Positions 37,150 through 49,900 of a stretch of DNA of 64,000 nt are shown here, piece after piece (position 1 is the stretch's first letter; each line of letters opens with the position of its first letter). The notes under the pieces are model-generated. The model was given only the letters and a program-made list of their open reading frames with translations, was not told the origin of the DNA and did no database searches. The position numbers were made by a program, and so were the translations under genes. The stretch covers positions 54,814-118,813 of the forward strand of contig JAQGDQ010000653.1 of the NCBI GenBank assembly GCA_030141605.1. The letters are read 5' to 3'. This DNA is from Tubiluchus corallicola (lineage: Eukaryota > Animalia > Priapulida).

Positions 37150-38567
37150 CAAACGTGACCTTTATGAAACTTTTACAACCGACTATTAAAAATACGTAAG
37201 AGATGCAAGATAAAAAAAAACAATCATTCCTGTACAGGCAAAAAATCATTAAAGGATAATTTGACATTAAAATAGGCCCACACTAAAATTACGTAAATGT
37301 AAACTAGACTGAATATGCTGGTAGAGAATTTAGGCAAAATTTAGCAGAACATTACCCACGATTACAAAGAGAATACCTACAAGATTTTCCATTCCATGTC
37401 AGTAAAAGTGTCTAAAAAACATTAAAATGATTTGAAGCAACTCTCCCGGGCCCACGTAATCAACTCTAAATTTTACTTTGGAACTTCAAAAACTATTTTC
37501 ACCATATTTTTTTAGTTCTTACTCTTGGCATGTGTCATATATTTGTATATCTAAAATTTTATATACTGATTCCTTTTAACCAGTAGTAAGATGCAATATA
37601 TATAGCTTTTAGACACCATTAAGTATTTTAAAAGTTTTCAAATCCATAGACTTAACCATTGTAGATTTAACAATACACACGGCCAATGAACACATTGATT
37701 CAACCAGATACAGGTTGGAACAAGATATTATGGTAAATATTAATGCAGCATTTTGACTTACACGAATTAAAAATGAGCAACGGAAAATAAAATACATGCA
37801 ATTCTTACCAACGAATGACCATTTAACGACAGCAATACCACTAAAAGTTTGCGAATCTGCAATTAAAAGCTCAGAAACAATCAAATTTTTAGGTTAACAT
37901 TGATGAACAATTATCCTGCGACCAACAATTTAACAAAATGTATAAAAAAACGTCATTCCGTATATCTTTCCTACGTCAAGTAAGGGGACAACATTATAGG
38001 CAAACAAAGTCCAGATCTATAAAACATTTGCAATGCCTCAGTATATCTATGGTTGCTGTTCGTATCAGAATATTTCAAGAGAAAACTTCAATAAACTAAG
38101 CACTCTTCATAGCTGTGCCCTCAGACTGATTTCTGGACAACCACAAAGGCTGTTAACAAAAACACTCATTTCTCTGCTACACATACAAGATCCTCGATCG
38201 TTGAAAATACCGATCCTAGAAGCGCATATTAATATTAAGGTTACCACACATTAATATTTCTCTGCAAGTACAAACAGATTAGTGCTCCATTTATTAACAA
38301 TAAATTGCCTATTTTCTAAATCCGGCATTAAATAGCCGCACATCCAACATTGCACAAATCACGACTAACAATAAGTATGGCAACAAATCTATTGCTAAAA
38401 AGGCAATTTACCTATGGAACTCACTACCAAGCAACAAAAAGAAAGAAACGCGTTCCCGACATTAAAAACTAAATTAAAAGCTTACTACTTGAACTGGTAC
38501 GATAAACCAAGCAATACCAATGATAATGTAAATCGAGACAAGAATTTCATCTACCCTAGGCCATAAT
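37150..38567 (+). mobile_element. Highly decayed LINE ORF2 fragment interrupted by the hAT element
   Basis: KFLG..IDEQL-like and YLWNSLPS motifs in broken frames; AT-rich 3'-UTR-like sequence resumes after 45754. Left boundary is approximate. Confidence 0.55.
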
Positions 38568-39574
38568 CAGTGGCGGATTTAGGGGGTGGGGCCTGGGCCC
38601 CATTCATAGTAGCTGTTACAGCACACCAAGAAAATATTTTCTCCGGATTATAAGCTTTAGATCGTTTAGTGGTAGCTTTTAATGACTTATATCGAGTAAA
38701 AAGTTCTGCATTAATGATTTAAGTGTAAAAACGTTGTGCCCTTTAAGTAATAATTGAAGTTTTTGGCAAAGATATCGCTGTGCGCAATATAGATGTAAGT
38801 TTCTCTGCAACCGGTTCGGCGGCATAATGAAACAAGATTGAATCAACTGATCAAGACGTAAGCTGCAGCTTACAGTAGATGACGTATATTGCAGGTACTT
38901 AACTGTCGACGGAGCGAGTCATCGCCTGACTTCAGCGTCAAAATGTAATTATTATCATAATGGCTTTCATAAGTGAAGAAAAATTTAATACTGAGTGTGG
39001 AATTAGTGAAGAGTCCGAAAATAGTGAGTTGTGTAATCTTAGACTTATTTAAAAGCAGTATTGCGGTATGAGACACATGAAACTAGCGTTGCTCTTATAT
39101 TAAATTTTCGATTATTTTGTTAATATTAAGATCACTTAAGCCATCTTTATAAATTTCAGTAACTATTATAGCTTTGAATATCAGTAACTATCACCGCTCT
39201 TTCATCGTCTAATTACAAGTTTCCAATATTCCAATATATAATTTCTTGTTTGTAACTTTTTTAGATTCAAACGTTTCTGAAGCGGTGTCTAGTTATGTAT
39301 CTGTTGATACTGATACAGAAAGAAAACAACTTTCGATTGACACAGAATTGCCTGCTAAAAGAACACAAGTTTCAATCGATGGTTTCTTCTCTAAAGAAAA
39401 GGCACAGAAAAAGCACAAAGTGATGTTGATGTTTATGTTCCTACAGAAAAAGCTGTTTCAAAAGAGACTATTTCTGATTATTTGGGAAAAAGTGTTCTCA
39501 TGTCAGACATGTCAGACATGGGAAAAGTGAAAAGCTAAAGTCAATTGCCTCATCAGTCATTTGTTTTCCCACAA

Positions 39575-40120
39575 TGTACGAAGTGAATATACCAGAAATG
39601 CTGAAGTATCTAACATGATCTCCGAACTCGGGTGGGTAACACTAGAAATTAGACGCCGACAAACGACACTAAACATCTTTCATGATATGAAAGAACACAG
39701 GATAGGTATAAATTTGCCAACTTACATCACCCCATCTCTCAAAGATAACAACAAACTTGTTCAACCAGCAACAAGAGTCAATATTTATTTATACTCCTTC
39801 TAACCCAGAGCAGTACGCTTGGAACAAACTTCCACCGGATATCAGAGAAATCACTTCTACAGATCACTTCCGAGCACTAGTACCCTCTGCTGTTTCTACC
39901 ATGAGGGTGCCATCCCGCCTAACATGTCTGTAAATCTAACTGTGTTTTTAGCCCTCACCCACCATGTTTGTTTTGCCTATTTCACCTCTTTTCATAACCT
40001 CTAGTACTATCACCAGTTAGCGAGTTGCTTTTCTCATCGTGCATACTAACTATGCGCACCCCAAACTTCTAGGCTGTCGTCAAAGACTTTTAGAAGTATA
40101 TTATACAAGACTTCAAGAAC
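39575..40120 (+). mobile_element. LINE 3' fragment inserted in the hAT transposase
   Basis: VSNMISELGWVTLEIRR and YSF*PRAVR motifs; hAT-like translation resumes afterwards. Boundaries are approximate. Confidence 0.7.
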
Positions 40121-41060
40121 ATGTTGATTTTCTGATAGTTCTAGGAAGAGCAGTACCCACTACAGACGTTGCCATCATGAGTGGCTCAGCATTCATACGT
40201 ATTCATACATATATCACTGCATATTGCGAAAAACAAGATGTACTGTATTGCCTACCCTGTGTAATCTTCCAGTAGCCAGTAGTAAAAAAAGCAAATTATT
40301 AATAGACAAACCATTCCATGACTGGAAACATGCAAGGGAGTACTTGCGAACACATGAAGAGTGCCAGTATCACTTGGAATCAGCCGCAAAAATGTTCTTG
40401 CAAACTACGAAAAATCCATGCGTGTCAATCTTGAACAGGAGGTCGAGTTATGCAGCAGCTCAAATTAAGAAAAACAGTGCAGTACTTAATTGTATTCTGA
40501 GTTGCTTGATCTTCTGTGGAAGGCAAAGCATTGCACTGAGAGGGCATAGAGACGACTCAACTTCTTTAGCGTGTAACCAAGGCAACTTTAAAGCCTAGTA
40601 AAACTTCTAAATTCAAAATATGAACTGCTGAGGAGCCAAGTAGAAAATTATGCAAAAAATGCCCAATACATTTCAAAAACTATTCAAAATGAACTTCTTG
40701 ACTGCATTAAAGACTTTTTGCAGGAACCAATAGTTAGTCACATCAAGGCACAAAAATTGCCCAATATTCGGACTTACGGCAGATGAGGTTACTGATGTCA
40801 GCAACTGGGAACAGTTAGGAATAGTCGTTCGTTATGCACACAATGAAAAAACAGTTGAAAGTTTAACAGAATACATTAAGTATGAGACAATAACTGGTGA
40901 TGCCATTGCAAATGCTATTTCAGAGTCATTAGCAAAATTCGGGCTAGATATAAAAAACTACAGGGCTTTAACTTTTGATGGAGCCGCAAACATGTGTGGC
41001 ATACAACGCGGTTACTCAAAGCTACTACAGGAAATAGCAAAAAGAGCACCATACATACAC

Positions 41061-44000
41061 TGTGAATAGTGAAGACGTGTTTGAATCCCAAATAAACAGA
41101 TAAGAGAATGGATAAAAACTAAAACACGGCTTTTACTGCACTGAACCCATTTTAATCTCTCTTGCACATGCGCGCAACTCAAGACAATACAAAATCCCAC
41201 ATAGCTCCCCCCCCCCCCGGGCTGCTGGAAACCAGCAGAAAGAGGAGAAAACAAACTACACTAATTACCATTCTTAAACTGTTACACAGTAGCAAAATTA
41301 ATGTAAAAATGTCAATTTTCAGAATTTCCAAATAGTATGAACTAACCCTAGTAATCCATACAACACATATGTATTACACAATAGCAAGCCATCGTGTTGC
41401 TCAATACAGACCGCTTTACAAAAGCTGAGAACATAACTATTTCGGATTGCTCAACAATGAACAAGAAATTTTAAGAATTAAGACTGTTTAGGTCTACATT
41501 GCAAAAATAAACGAAGTAATTGCTACAGTAATTCGCATGTTATTTATGCAAAAAAAATCTGAAATGAATTAACTCATTAACTACATCATAGCCTAAACCA
41601 AAGAGGCATTGCGCCGCATGAGAAAAGCTTCTAGAGGGCTTTATTAATTAATTAATAATTTATTAATGGGTCGACGAGTCTTGCGACCTTTGATCAACAT
41701 CCATGCTACCTGCGCAACACCATCTCTGCCTGGAATTAGAGGGGTGACCTTACCCAAGGGCCATTTGCGACGTGGATAAGGGGCTGCATTTACCAAAACA
41801 ACTTCACCTTCCTTTGACGGACGACTACTACCACATGGATTATGCCACTTACGAAGTGTGGGTAAGTAGGAGGATAGCCATCTCTTCCAAAACTGCTGAC
41901 TTGTGAAAACACGATGTCTCCACCTACGAACCAAAGAGAGCGGAGTAGGGGGCAGAAAGTTAATTGAATAGCAACATCTAACCTGCCTGGAGGTGATGTA
42001 CCAAGTATAAAATGAAGAGGGGTGAGGGGTTCCTCAAGCGAGTCAATCTCAGTTAAAGGACTTATATTGATGGACTCCTTTATCTCACAACTTGCTGTAC
42101 AGAATTCAGGACAAGAAAGAGACGAATTACCAAGTGTTTTCTTCAAACGTGACTTTACGCTTGCAACCAAACGTTCCCAAAAACCTCCCCACTAGGGAGA
42201 AGTCTCTGGGATAAGTTTCCATGAAACCTGGCTGTAACATAATATGTAAATTGTTTGAACTCTACGGAGATCGTTACCTGATTAATTGTTAATAGGCAGT
42301 CTAGTGATTACTGGGTGTAACCTCAATGTCCAATCACCAAATGTAAATTAACGCAAAACAGTATTAGATTGCTATAAAGAAATCAACACTTTTGTAGGTT
42401 TATTAAAATTAAAGCTGCGCTCACATCATAAAATTTAAAGGATGTAAATGACGGTGAAATTTGTTGTGTGATAGCAAAATAAACCTTTGATACACTGACA
42501 AAACAGTTTTCTAACCAGAATTACAATTTATGAGCAATATACAGGGTGTGCACAAAGTAAAGCCCCATTCCCAAGGTAATGAAGGGATAGTAAGAAGGCA
42601 GGTTAGTGGGAGGCGCCATAGACTGTACTTCACCAGCAGGCCTGTGTCTGTTTACTAACAAGTCCCAAGCTTCACTTCAAGAAGTTAATGATCGACGTAT
42701 GGCAAACAGTTAATGTTCCTCCAGATACTAGAAAATGTAGTAATGATACGTCTTACCGGCAACTTCGGTTCTGCACAGAATAAGTCTGACTCTGCATACA
42801 TCAACACTATGGTAAATGACTGTCTGTCCCGTACCAGAATACGGCTTTGCACCTCAGAATGACGTATATAGGATAGTTGACTTTAACAGTGGGTCTAGTC
42901 TACCAACATCACCAACTACAGCTACACCAAGCTAACCATTGTCGGCTCCAAAATCACTTTCATGTTGTTACCAAAATTTATTCGCTGCTTTTTATTAACA
43001 TGGTTGCTTATAACATCCAAATTTAAGCAGCTCTCTACCTGAACTAACTTTTCTAGGTCACTTGTTCTGGCTTCCACTCACTATACATGTACACTGTCAA
43101 GGTGTATCTGTATGGCATATCTAAAACTACATCTCCACGCAGATGTGCAAAACAAGTGAAGTTTATTCGAGGATACACACATCTTGGTGTCAACGTATTG
43201 AATATTCATCCATGATGCACTTTTGGTAATTGAATCACTAATATGGTACAAAGGAAAAATAGGGGTTTTGGGCTACCCCCAATAACTAAGTTAAACATGG
43301 ATCTGCCTTCAGTTAGCTTAACTAAAAACTCATGATAAGAAAGTAACAGCCATCTAGTGGCAAAATAAGTCAAAAATGATACAACAAAAATTAACCAATG
43401 CTAATAAGCAAATGACAGCAGACATATCACATCCAAAATGTTACACTGGCTTCTAAGCAACTTTGAAAGAGTCTTAAAAGACGAGCCATTGTTGCTGTAA
43501 AAGCATGAGACTACACCCCGTCGAGCAAAAAACCTACGAATGGCCAGAGAAGTTTCAGTTTCATTTAGACTACTGAATACCTCTAAATGAATAGCCCTGG
43601 TCACAGAGCAAGTAAACAGACGAACCCAACACTTTTCATTTGAGCGCAAATGAAATGGGCCCAAATGATCAAGTCCAGCTTGAGAGAATGGCCTGCTAGG
43701 AATAGTCCTAAATGAAAGTAAGAAGGACTCTTCAGAGATGAATGGTCGCGAATTTGCACGACAACACCTGACACAACCCAAAGGCACTTTCTTGACGTTA
43801 CGTCTTAGCTGCGGCACCCAAAATGACCTGCGAATCTCCGCCAAAGTAGAGGGCAGACAAGAGGCCCACATGAGCATCCTGAACAACAAGTTGAAATAAC
43901 TTGCTACTCCCTGACAACAATGGAAGTGAACCTTCACCCGTTCTAGGCTTCACTAAAATCAACATTTGATCTTTGTCCAAGTAAGCTCGGAAGTTAGATA

Positions 44001-44207
44001 ACCTAGAATCTTTAGGAATATCGGACACTTTAACTAAAGCTTCGAATTTCAAATGAAATGTTTCCAACTGGAAGAATCTTATAAGCACAGTAAGAGCCGA
44101 CGCCCTCTTAACTTGACAAAGGTTCATTCAGGCCCATACGCCTGCGGTTCTGTATGAATCGAAGTACATAGCCTATCACACCTACAGCTTTAGGCAATGT
44201 TCCCCAG
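41061..44207 (-). mobile_element. BEL/Pao LTR retrotransposon 3' half (integrase, PPT, 3' LTR)
   Basis: GYVLRFI, CVRC, GLDHLGPF, FTCSVTRAIHLEV, RRFFARRG, WGGFWERLV, PLTPLHFILG, FWKRW..YL, WPLGKV..PGRDG. A G-run polypurine tract at 41206-41218 lies next to a 141-bp TGTG...CACA LTR (41061-41201). Confidence 0.92.
42233..43445. mobile_element. Solo-LTR-like insertion (1213 bp) splitting the BEL integrase
   Basis: TGTAACAT...ATGTTACA termini and an exact 5-bp TSD CTGGC (42228-42232, 43446-43450). Excising it restores the reading LRSQVSWKLIP. Confidence 0.88.
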
Positions 44208-46967
44208 GTTTACAAAAGACATTAGTGTTCTGCTTCAAGGTAGCACTATGGATGTTTTAGACGCGTATGAAACAATTCAGTTTATTACTGAGGAACTAAA
44301 AAATGTGCGTGAAAACTGCGAATCTGAATTTTGCAAAATATGGAAAAAAATGTGAAAAATGTCAGAAATTGCAGGGAGTCTTTTAGAGATACCTCGTCGG
44401 TGTCATAGGCAGTCGTTAAGAAACAACATGCCAGCTGATCACCCAATTGATTGTTTTCGCAGGAGTATATTTATTCCTTTCTTAGATGCACTTGTGAATG
44501 AACTAGAGATGAGATTTGCAACAATCTGTACACTTGCCAAAAAGGCACTAAGTCTGATACCAAAGAACTTTTGTAAGATTTCAGAGGAGGCAATTGAAGA
44601 CATATTGTAGTATTATGCACCTGACATTCATTCGCCCTTAACTTTCCATCAAGAAGTGAGGAGATGGGTTTGTCGTTGGAGCTGCACAGAAGACGCTAAG
44701 CTACTTTCCACAATTCAAGGAACTGTCAAAAAATGCAACTTTATATTGTACCCAAATGTCTTCACCATATTGAACATTTTGCTTGTGATGCCACTTTCTG
44801 CAGCTGGTATCTAACGAAGCCATTCAACTATTAGATTCATAAAAAATGTGTACCGAAAAACTATAGGAGAAGGCAGATTAAATGCATTGATATTAATGTT
44901 TGTACACAAAGATATTGAAATTGATATTGTCAAAATCATAGAAATGTATGCAGCCAGAAATCCCAGACAAATGACTTTGCCTCACATGTAATTGCAATTT
45001 TTAGTAATTGCTGTAACTTTAACAGCATCTGTACTCAACTCACTCATAGGTTAGCAAGTTGTGTTGCAAATAGATGAATGTTTATGTTAGAGAGACATAA
45101 CCCTCAGTTTTTTTATCTCTGAGTGCTTACATCTATAATGTCACATGTTTTCTGTTTAATATAATTTTTTAATCTTATCAGAACTTCAGGTGCAGATAGT
45201 ACGTTGTGCATTACGTCACTTATTGTAGTTTTATGACACTCGAACAGTGAATTACCTATGAAAATACAGTTGTTGTATATGGCCCGTTTAAATAAAATTA
45301 TCACAAAAAATTCTCATATCTATTTTTAGCGTTGTACTAATTTCTTTATCCTATTTCCACAGATCTGCCTGATCAATTCATATACTTGATTATTTACATA
45401 ATTCCCACACTCATAGATTTTAGCAGTGCTAGAACAAATTCTAGCAGTGCCTTTATTAAAATTTAATACCTGCAAATATCACATAGCACAAGGGTTCTAC
45501 TTTTGACAAAATCACAAAACACGTGAAAGTTGTGTACGTCATATACACTCTATACTAGTATATTGGTATGTAATTAAGAGTCAAAAGTTTGAGGTGACAT
45601 AATGAGTTTTAAACTATTGAATTTCCTTGAGGAAATAGCAAGAAAAATGGTTTAAAATACAGTAAAATGCTTTGGCGGCCGGGGATCCGCCCCTGACCCT
45701 CTAGCTGCTTTTTCATTGGGCCCACCCTTTCTCTAAAGGCTGTATCCGCCCCTGATAATAAATCAAAAATAATATAATTATGTTTAATTTAATGTTTTTT
45801 CTAATGCATTTTTAATCTATATAATTTTGTCCCAGCTGTATGTTGTGCACATATAGGCCTAATTACGTACGTTCTTCCGTACGTTTTAATGTTTGTTTAA
45901 TATCCTTTAATGTATGCGATTCTTTGTGTCTTTGATGACATGTTTATTATGTATATGCAAAATAAATATTTTCATTGCATTTTATTCTTCTTTTTAATGA
46001 TTTAATGTAGGTAATTTTAGTGCTTATTTGATGAGTGTATATCTTTGTGTATGTACAATTATTTTTGCAGTGTATTTTAATGTTTTTCTAAATATATTTT
46101 AATATATGTCATTTCTGGCGCCGTTTCCTATCTGCCTCTTGACTCCATCTTAGTTAATACTCTATATATATGTGGCATGCATATCTATTACACGAGTTAA
46201 GTAATTATGCTATTTGTATTATTGTCATTACCATCATCGTTTTGGTAATTAGTGTGCTTGTGCATATACATTTTATTGTATACGATGTCTATAATCATTA
46301 TTTTTATGGCAACTATATATATATATAGTGTCACACATCTTTTGTAGGTCCTCTACAGTGTACACTTTCTAATTTATCGTGATTCCTCGCACTACAATGT
46401 TTCCTCACAACAGTGAACAAGAATTAAAAACTGACATTATAAATGCATAATATTATATTGCTTTTCTACAGTTCACATTTAAGTATTTTCCAATACATTT
46501 AATTACATTTATTTGGTTTGAAGCTTTTTTGCATACACTAGAAATACGTTTATCAAAATTTAAAAGGTAAGCAATCTTAATTTGAACAGGAATGTGAGTA
46601 TGACGTGTATTGTCATCTGCATAATTGTAGAAGAACTTGTTTTTTTTTGCAAAATTTAAGTTATCGTTAAGAAAGACAAGATCAATAATACAGGCTTGAG
46701 ACAGGCTAATACTCCTTTAGAATGGGTATGGATTAAATAAGATTTTAAAGGTACCTAACCAACTACTTCCACAAATAGTCAAAGACAAGAACTACTTCAT
46801 AATGAATTCACTTTCCCATAAATGCTTATCAATATAAGACCCTATATCCTAGTACATTTATGTAAAGATACTATTGGCCTGTATATTAACAACGATCTTG
46901 AGAATGCACTGATGGTAATTGTAAGCCGTTTCCATTTTCAATGACAATGTCACAGCATGTACTCTAA

Positions 46968-49900
46968 CTAGTAAAAGTTATTCTTCAGTTTTTCATTAAA
47001 GTAATCAACAATGTTAATTGGTGGATATTTCTTGGACCCATCTATTGGCTCCACCACAGTGTCGTTGTCTGGAAAAACGAAATATATGATCGACTGGCGA
47101 TGTTTGGTGCGATTGGCTTCGTCTGGCAATGCTACTCGATGAGGCTGAAACACAAGCAGCTTTCATCAGAAAGATAACATCATCATTAACGTTATATGAG
47201 TATCGAATCTTGTTAGCAATGCAAAAATGATTCTAGAAAAATCAGCCATCCAGTTAAAAATAACTTGCCAAAATACAAATTCTTGAAACAGGAACGTATA
47301 GGGCAATGATTTTTAAGGAGCCATGGGTGAATCAGCATTCTGGTGAAAATAATTCAAACAAAACCACTTGGCTGCTTATTAATTAAATAGGTCAGATTAC
47401 CAGAAGGGCTCAGTGGCTTGCCTTTCAAAATCAGTTTCAAATAATAACTGCAACTGTGATTCTGATGATGATCTGACTGTGACTGACCTCTGATGGTGTA
47501 ATGATGATGTTTTTCATTGGCCTGGCGGAAAACCTAGTTTATCTGAACCTATTTGATCGTTGCATGTGACATTGGTGAGTTTATTGAGCAAAACTGATGA
47601 AGTATGACACCAACTATTGCTAAGTTTACTTTTTGCAAAGCTATCGCATTGGTTAGATTATATTATTGGCCATGAGGCAAAATTTTGCTGACTAAAACAG
47701 TTTGGCTTTTCGTCTCTAGTCAAGAGTGTATCATTGCTTTAGACAAAACTTTACTTAGCAGTCAAACAAAATCTGACATTTCATTAGTAATTTAAGTTAT
47801 GAATAATACTTGATCGTATTAGAGTTAAACATGTTCTTCAGCTCTAAGCTGACACGAATTTTGTTTATCTAAAGGGTTGTGTTTCAACATTGCTGGGTAA
47901 ATATAGGACGTTTGATGAAGTAAGACATAGCAGAATATAAACAAAAAAAACGTTGTTACCCCTGAAACTGTTGTCAATAGTTATACATCTATAAAAAATA
48001 TTATATTTTTCAAACTATGTGATTAAACATGATGAAGGTAAATTTAAAATTTTGTGCTCTAGTAAGATTGTTAACAAAGGAATTACAAATCCATTTCATT
48101 GTTCACTATATGCTAGATTTGCTTCTGCAATTCTTGCAAATTATTAAATGAAAATTCTTATAATTGTGGAGTCATAAATTTTGAAAATATAAAAAATTTG
48201 AATGATAAACTTTGGAATTCAACTCCAACTTCAAATTTTGAAAAATAGCCTAAGTATTTAAAGATGTACAACTACTGACAATGATTACAAGGACTAGTCG
48301 AAACGTTTTGTCTATAACACAGAAATTTTAAAACCATCAAGTTAAGAAAATTCTTGTGACAAAATGTTATAAAGCTGGCATTTTACTTTCATTCTAATAA
48401 ACTGTAAAATAGCTGTGAAGAAATTGAATGCATTTGAGAATGAAGATTAAAACATTCAGGTAGAGTGATTTTGCATGCTCAGGGAATCTTTGTCCAAACT
48501 TAGGAACCCAGCATTAAATTCATAATCATACCGTAGTTTTAATTCTATCAGCTGTCCATCTTTGAATCATATCAGCCATGTGCAGTACAACAGCTCCATC
48601 TTTCGGCGGTACTTTAGCAAAGCGACCATCTTCTAGCTTTGTCTGTGATTTAAAAAAATTGTTATTAATTTTTTGCATTGAATAAGTTAAATATAGACAC
48701 CAGGAAAATATCACAATCAAAAATGTGAGCTATAACACACACACAACATTGCTTTAACATAATAACAATTAGACTTTTCTTTTGAGTTCATAAGAATCAT
48801 CATAGTCTATAAACTGACCTAGTGGTATGTTAATGACTCCTACAATCTTACCTCCAGTCCACCTGCATCATCTTGAAATACAAAAGTTATAGTTCCCCAG
48901 TCACTATGTAATGCACATCTTTGCTGTTTCTCGGGCAGGGTTGCTGGAAAAAAGATGTATCTAAGTGAACAATTTAGCACATTAACACTTGATAAGTTTA
49001 GTTGGAAAATATTTATTTAGCGTGGGATAATAAATAGGAGTAAAGGATTTCCTGGCATTTATAACAACTTATCAACTTAGTAAACAACGTTGTTTGTTCA
49101 GCATAATGTTAACCTTTGTCTCGAAGACACACTTCAAAAAAGTTCAAAATATTTCAGTAACAGCAGTAGTACTGACTCGCTCACTTCACCATGAGTGTTA
49201 GCTAACAACTCATTGTGTTTAGCTTTTAATTATCATATTGGGTAAAAAGCAGTACAACAGCTAAAGAGCAATTTGTACATAACTGACAGCTAAGCCACAT
49301 AACTGTAAGTGAGGCAATACTGTATGTTCTCTAACAAGTGTATGAATTTCCTTTAAAGTCTTTCGGGAAGTTGAGCTTATTTTAATACTTGGGAAAAATG
49401 TTAGAAAGTTTCAGCAATAAAATTGTGATAAGCACCTCTTGTAATTAGTAAAATCAATTTAGTGTCGTGATCACTTCACACTTGGGCGCGTTCATTTTAG
49501 ACAAAAAATGGCGTCATCCTGTCTCCGTGCAAAATAAACACTTATCCCGCCAGATGCTTAGAATCTTTTTTAACTCTTTGAGCGAACTCTACAAACTAAG
49601 CAACCCACCTGGTACCTACTAAGTGCTCGCAAGTTTACATGCGTATCTAAAGGTCAACAAAAATCTGTAAAATTAATTATTTACACATTTTAAGGTCTAA
49701 TCCTGTTGATCGAATGACAAATTTCTAGATAAACACAGTTAAGCGCAACACTAAAATAATAGAACTTCTAAGCAAACTGTGGAAATTTGCAACGCTTACC
49801 TTACACTGCTTGCTTTCACGGCATTCTCGCTGCCCTGCATACACCAGCTTACATCATTTTTTTGAAATACGCCGGCATCAACGTTCGTTTTGCGAGAGAT

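Larger units (their letters stand above)
38568..45754 (+). mobile_element. Decayed hAT transposon (Tip100/THAP12/ZMYM1-like transposase) containing nested insertions
   Basis: TIRs CAGTGGCGGATTTAG / CTGTATCCGCCCCTG. Transposase pieces: LYCLPCVIF, RQSIALRGHRDD..GNF, SKTIQNELL, ADEVTDVSNWEQLGIVVRY, FDGAANMCG, YIHC, FRRSIFIPFLDAL, and a dimerization-like RLNALILMFVHKDI. Confidence 0.9.
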
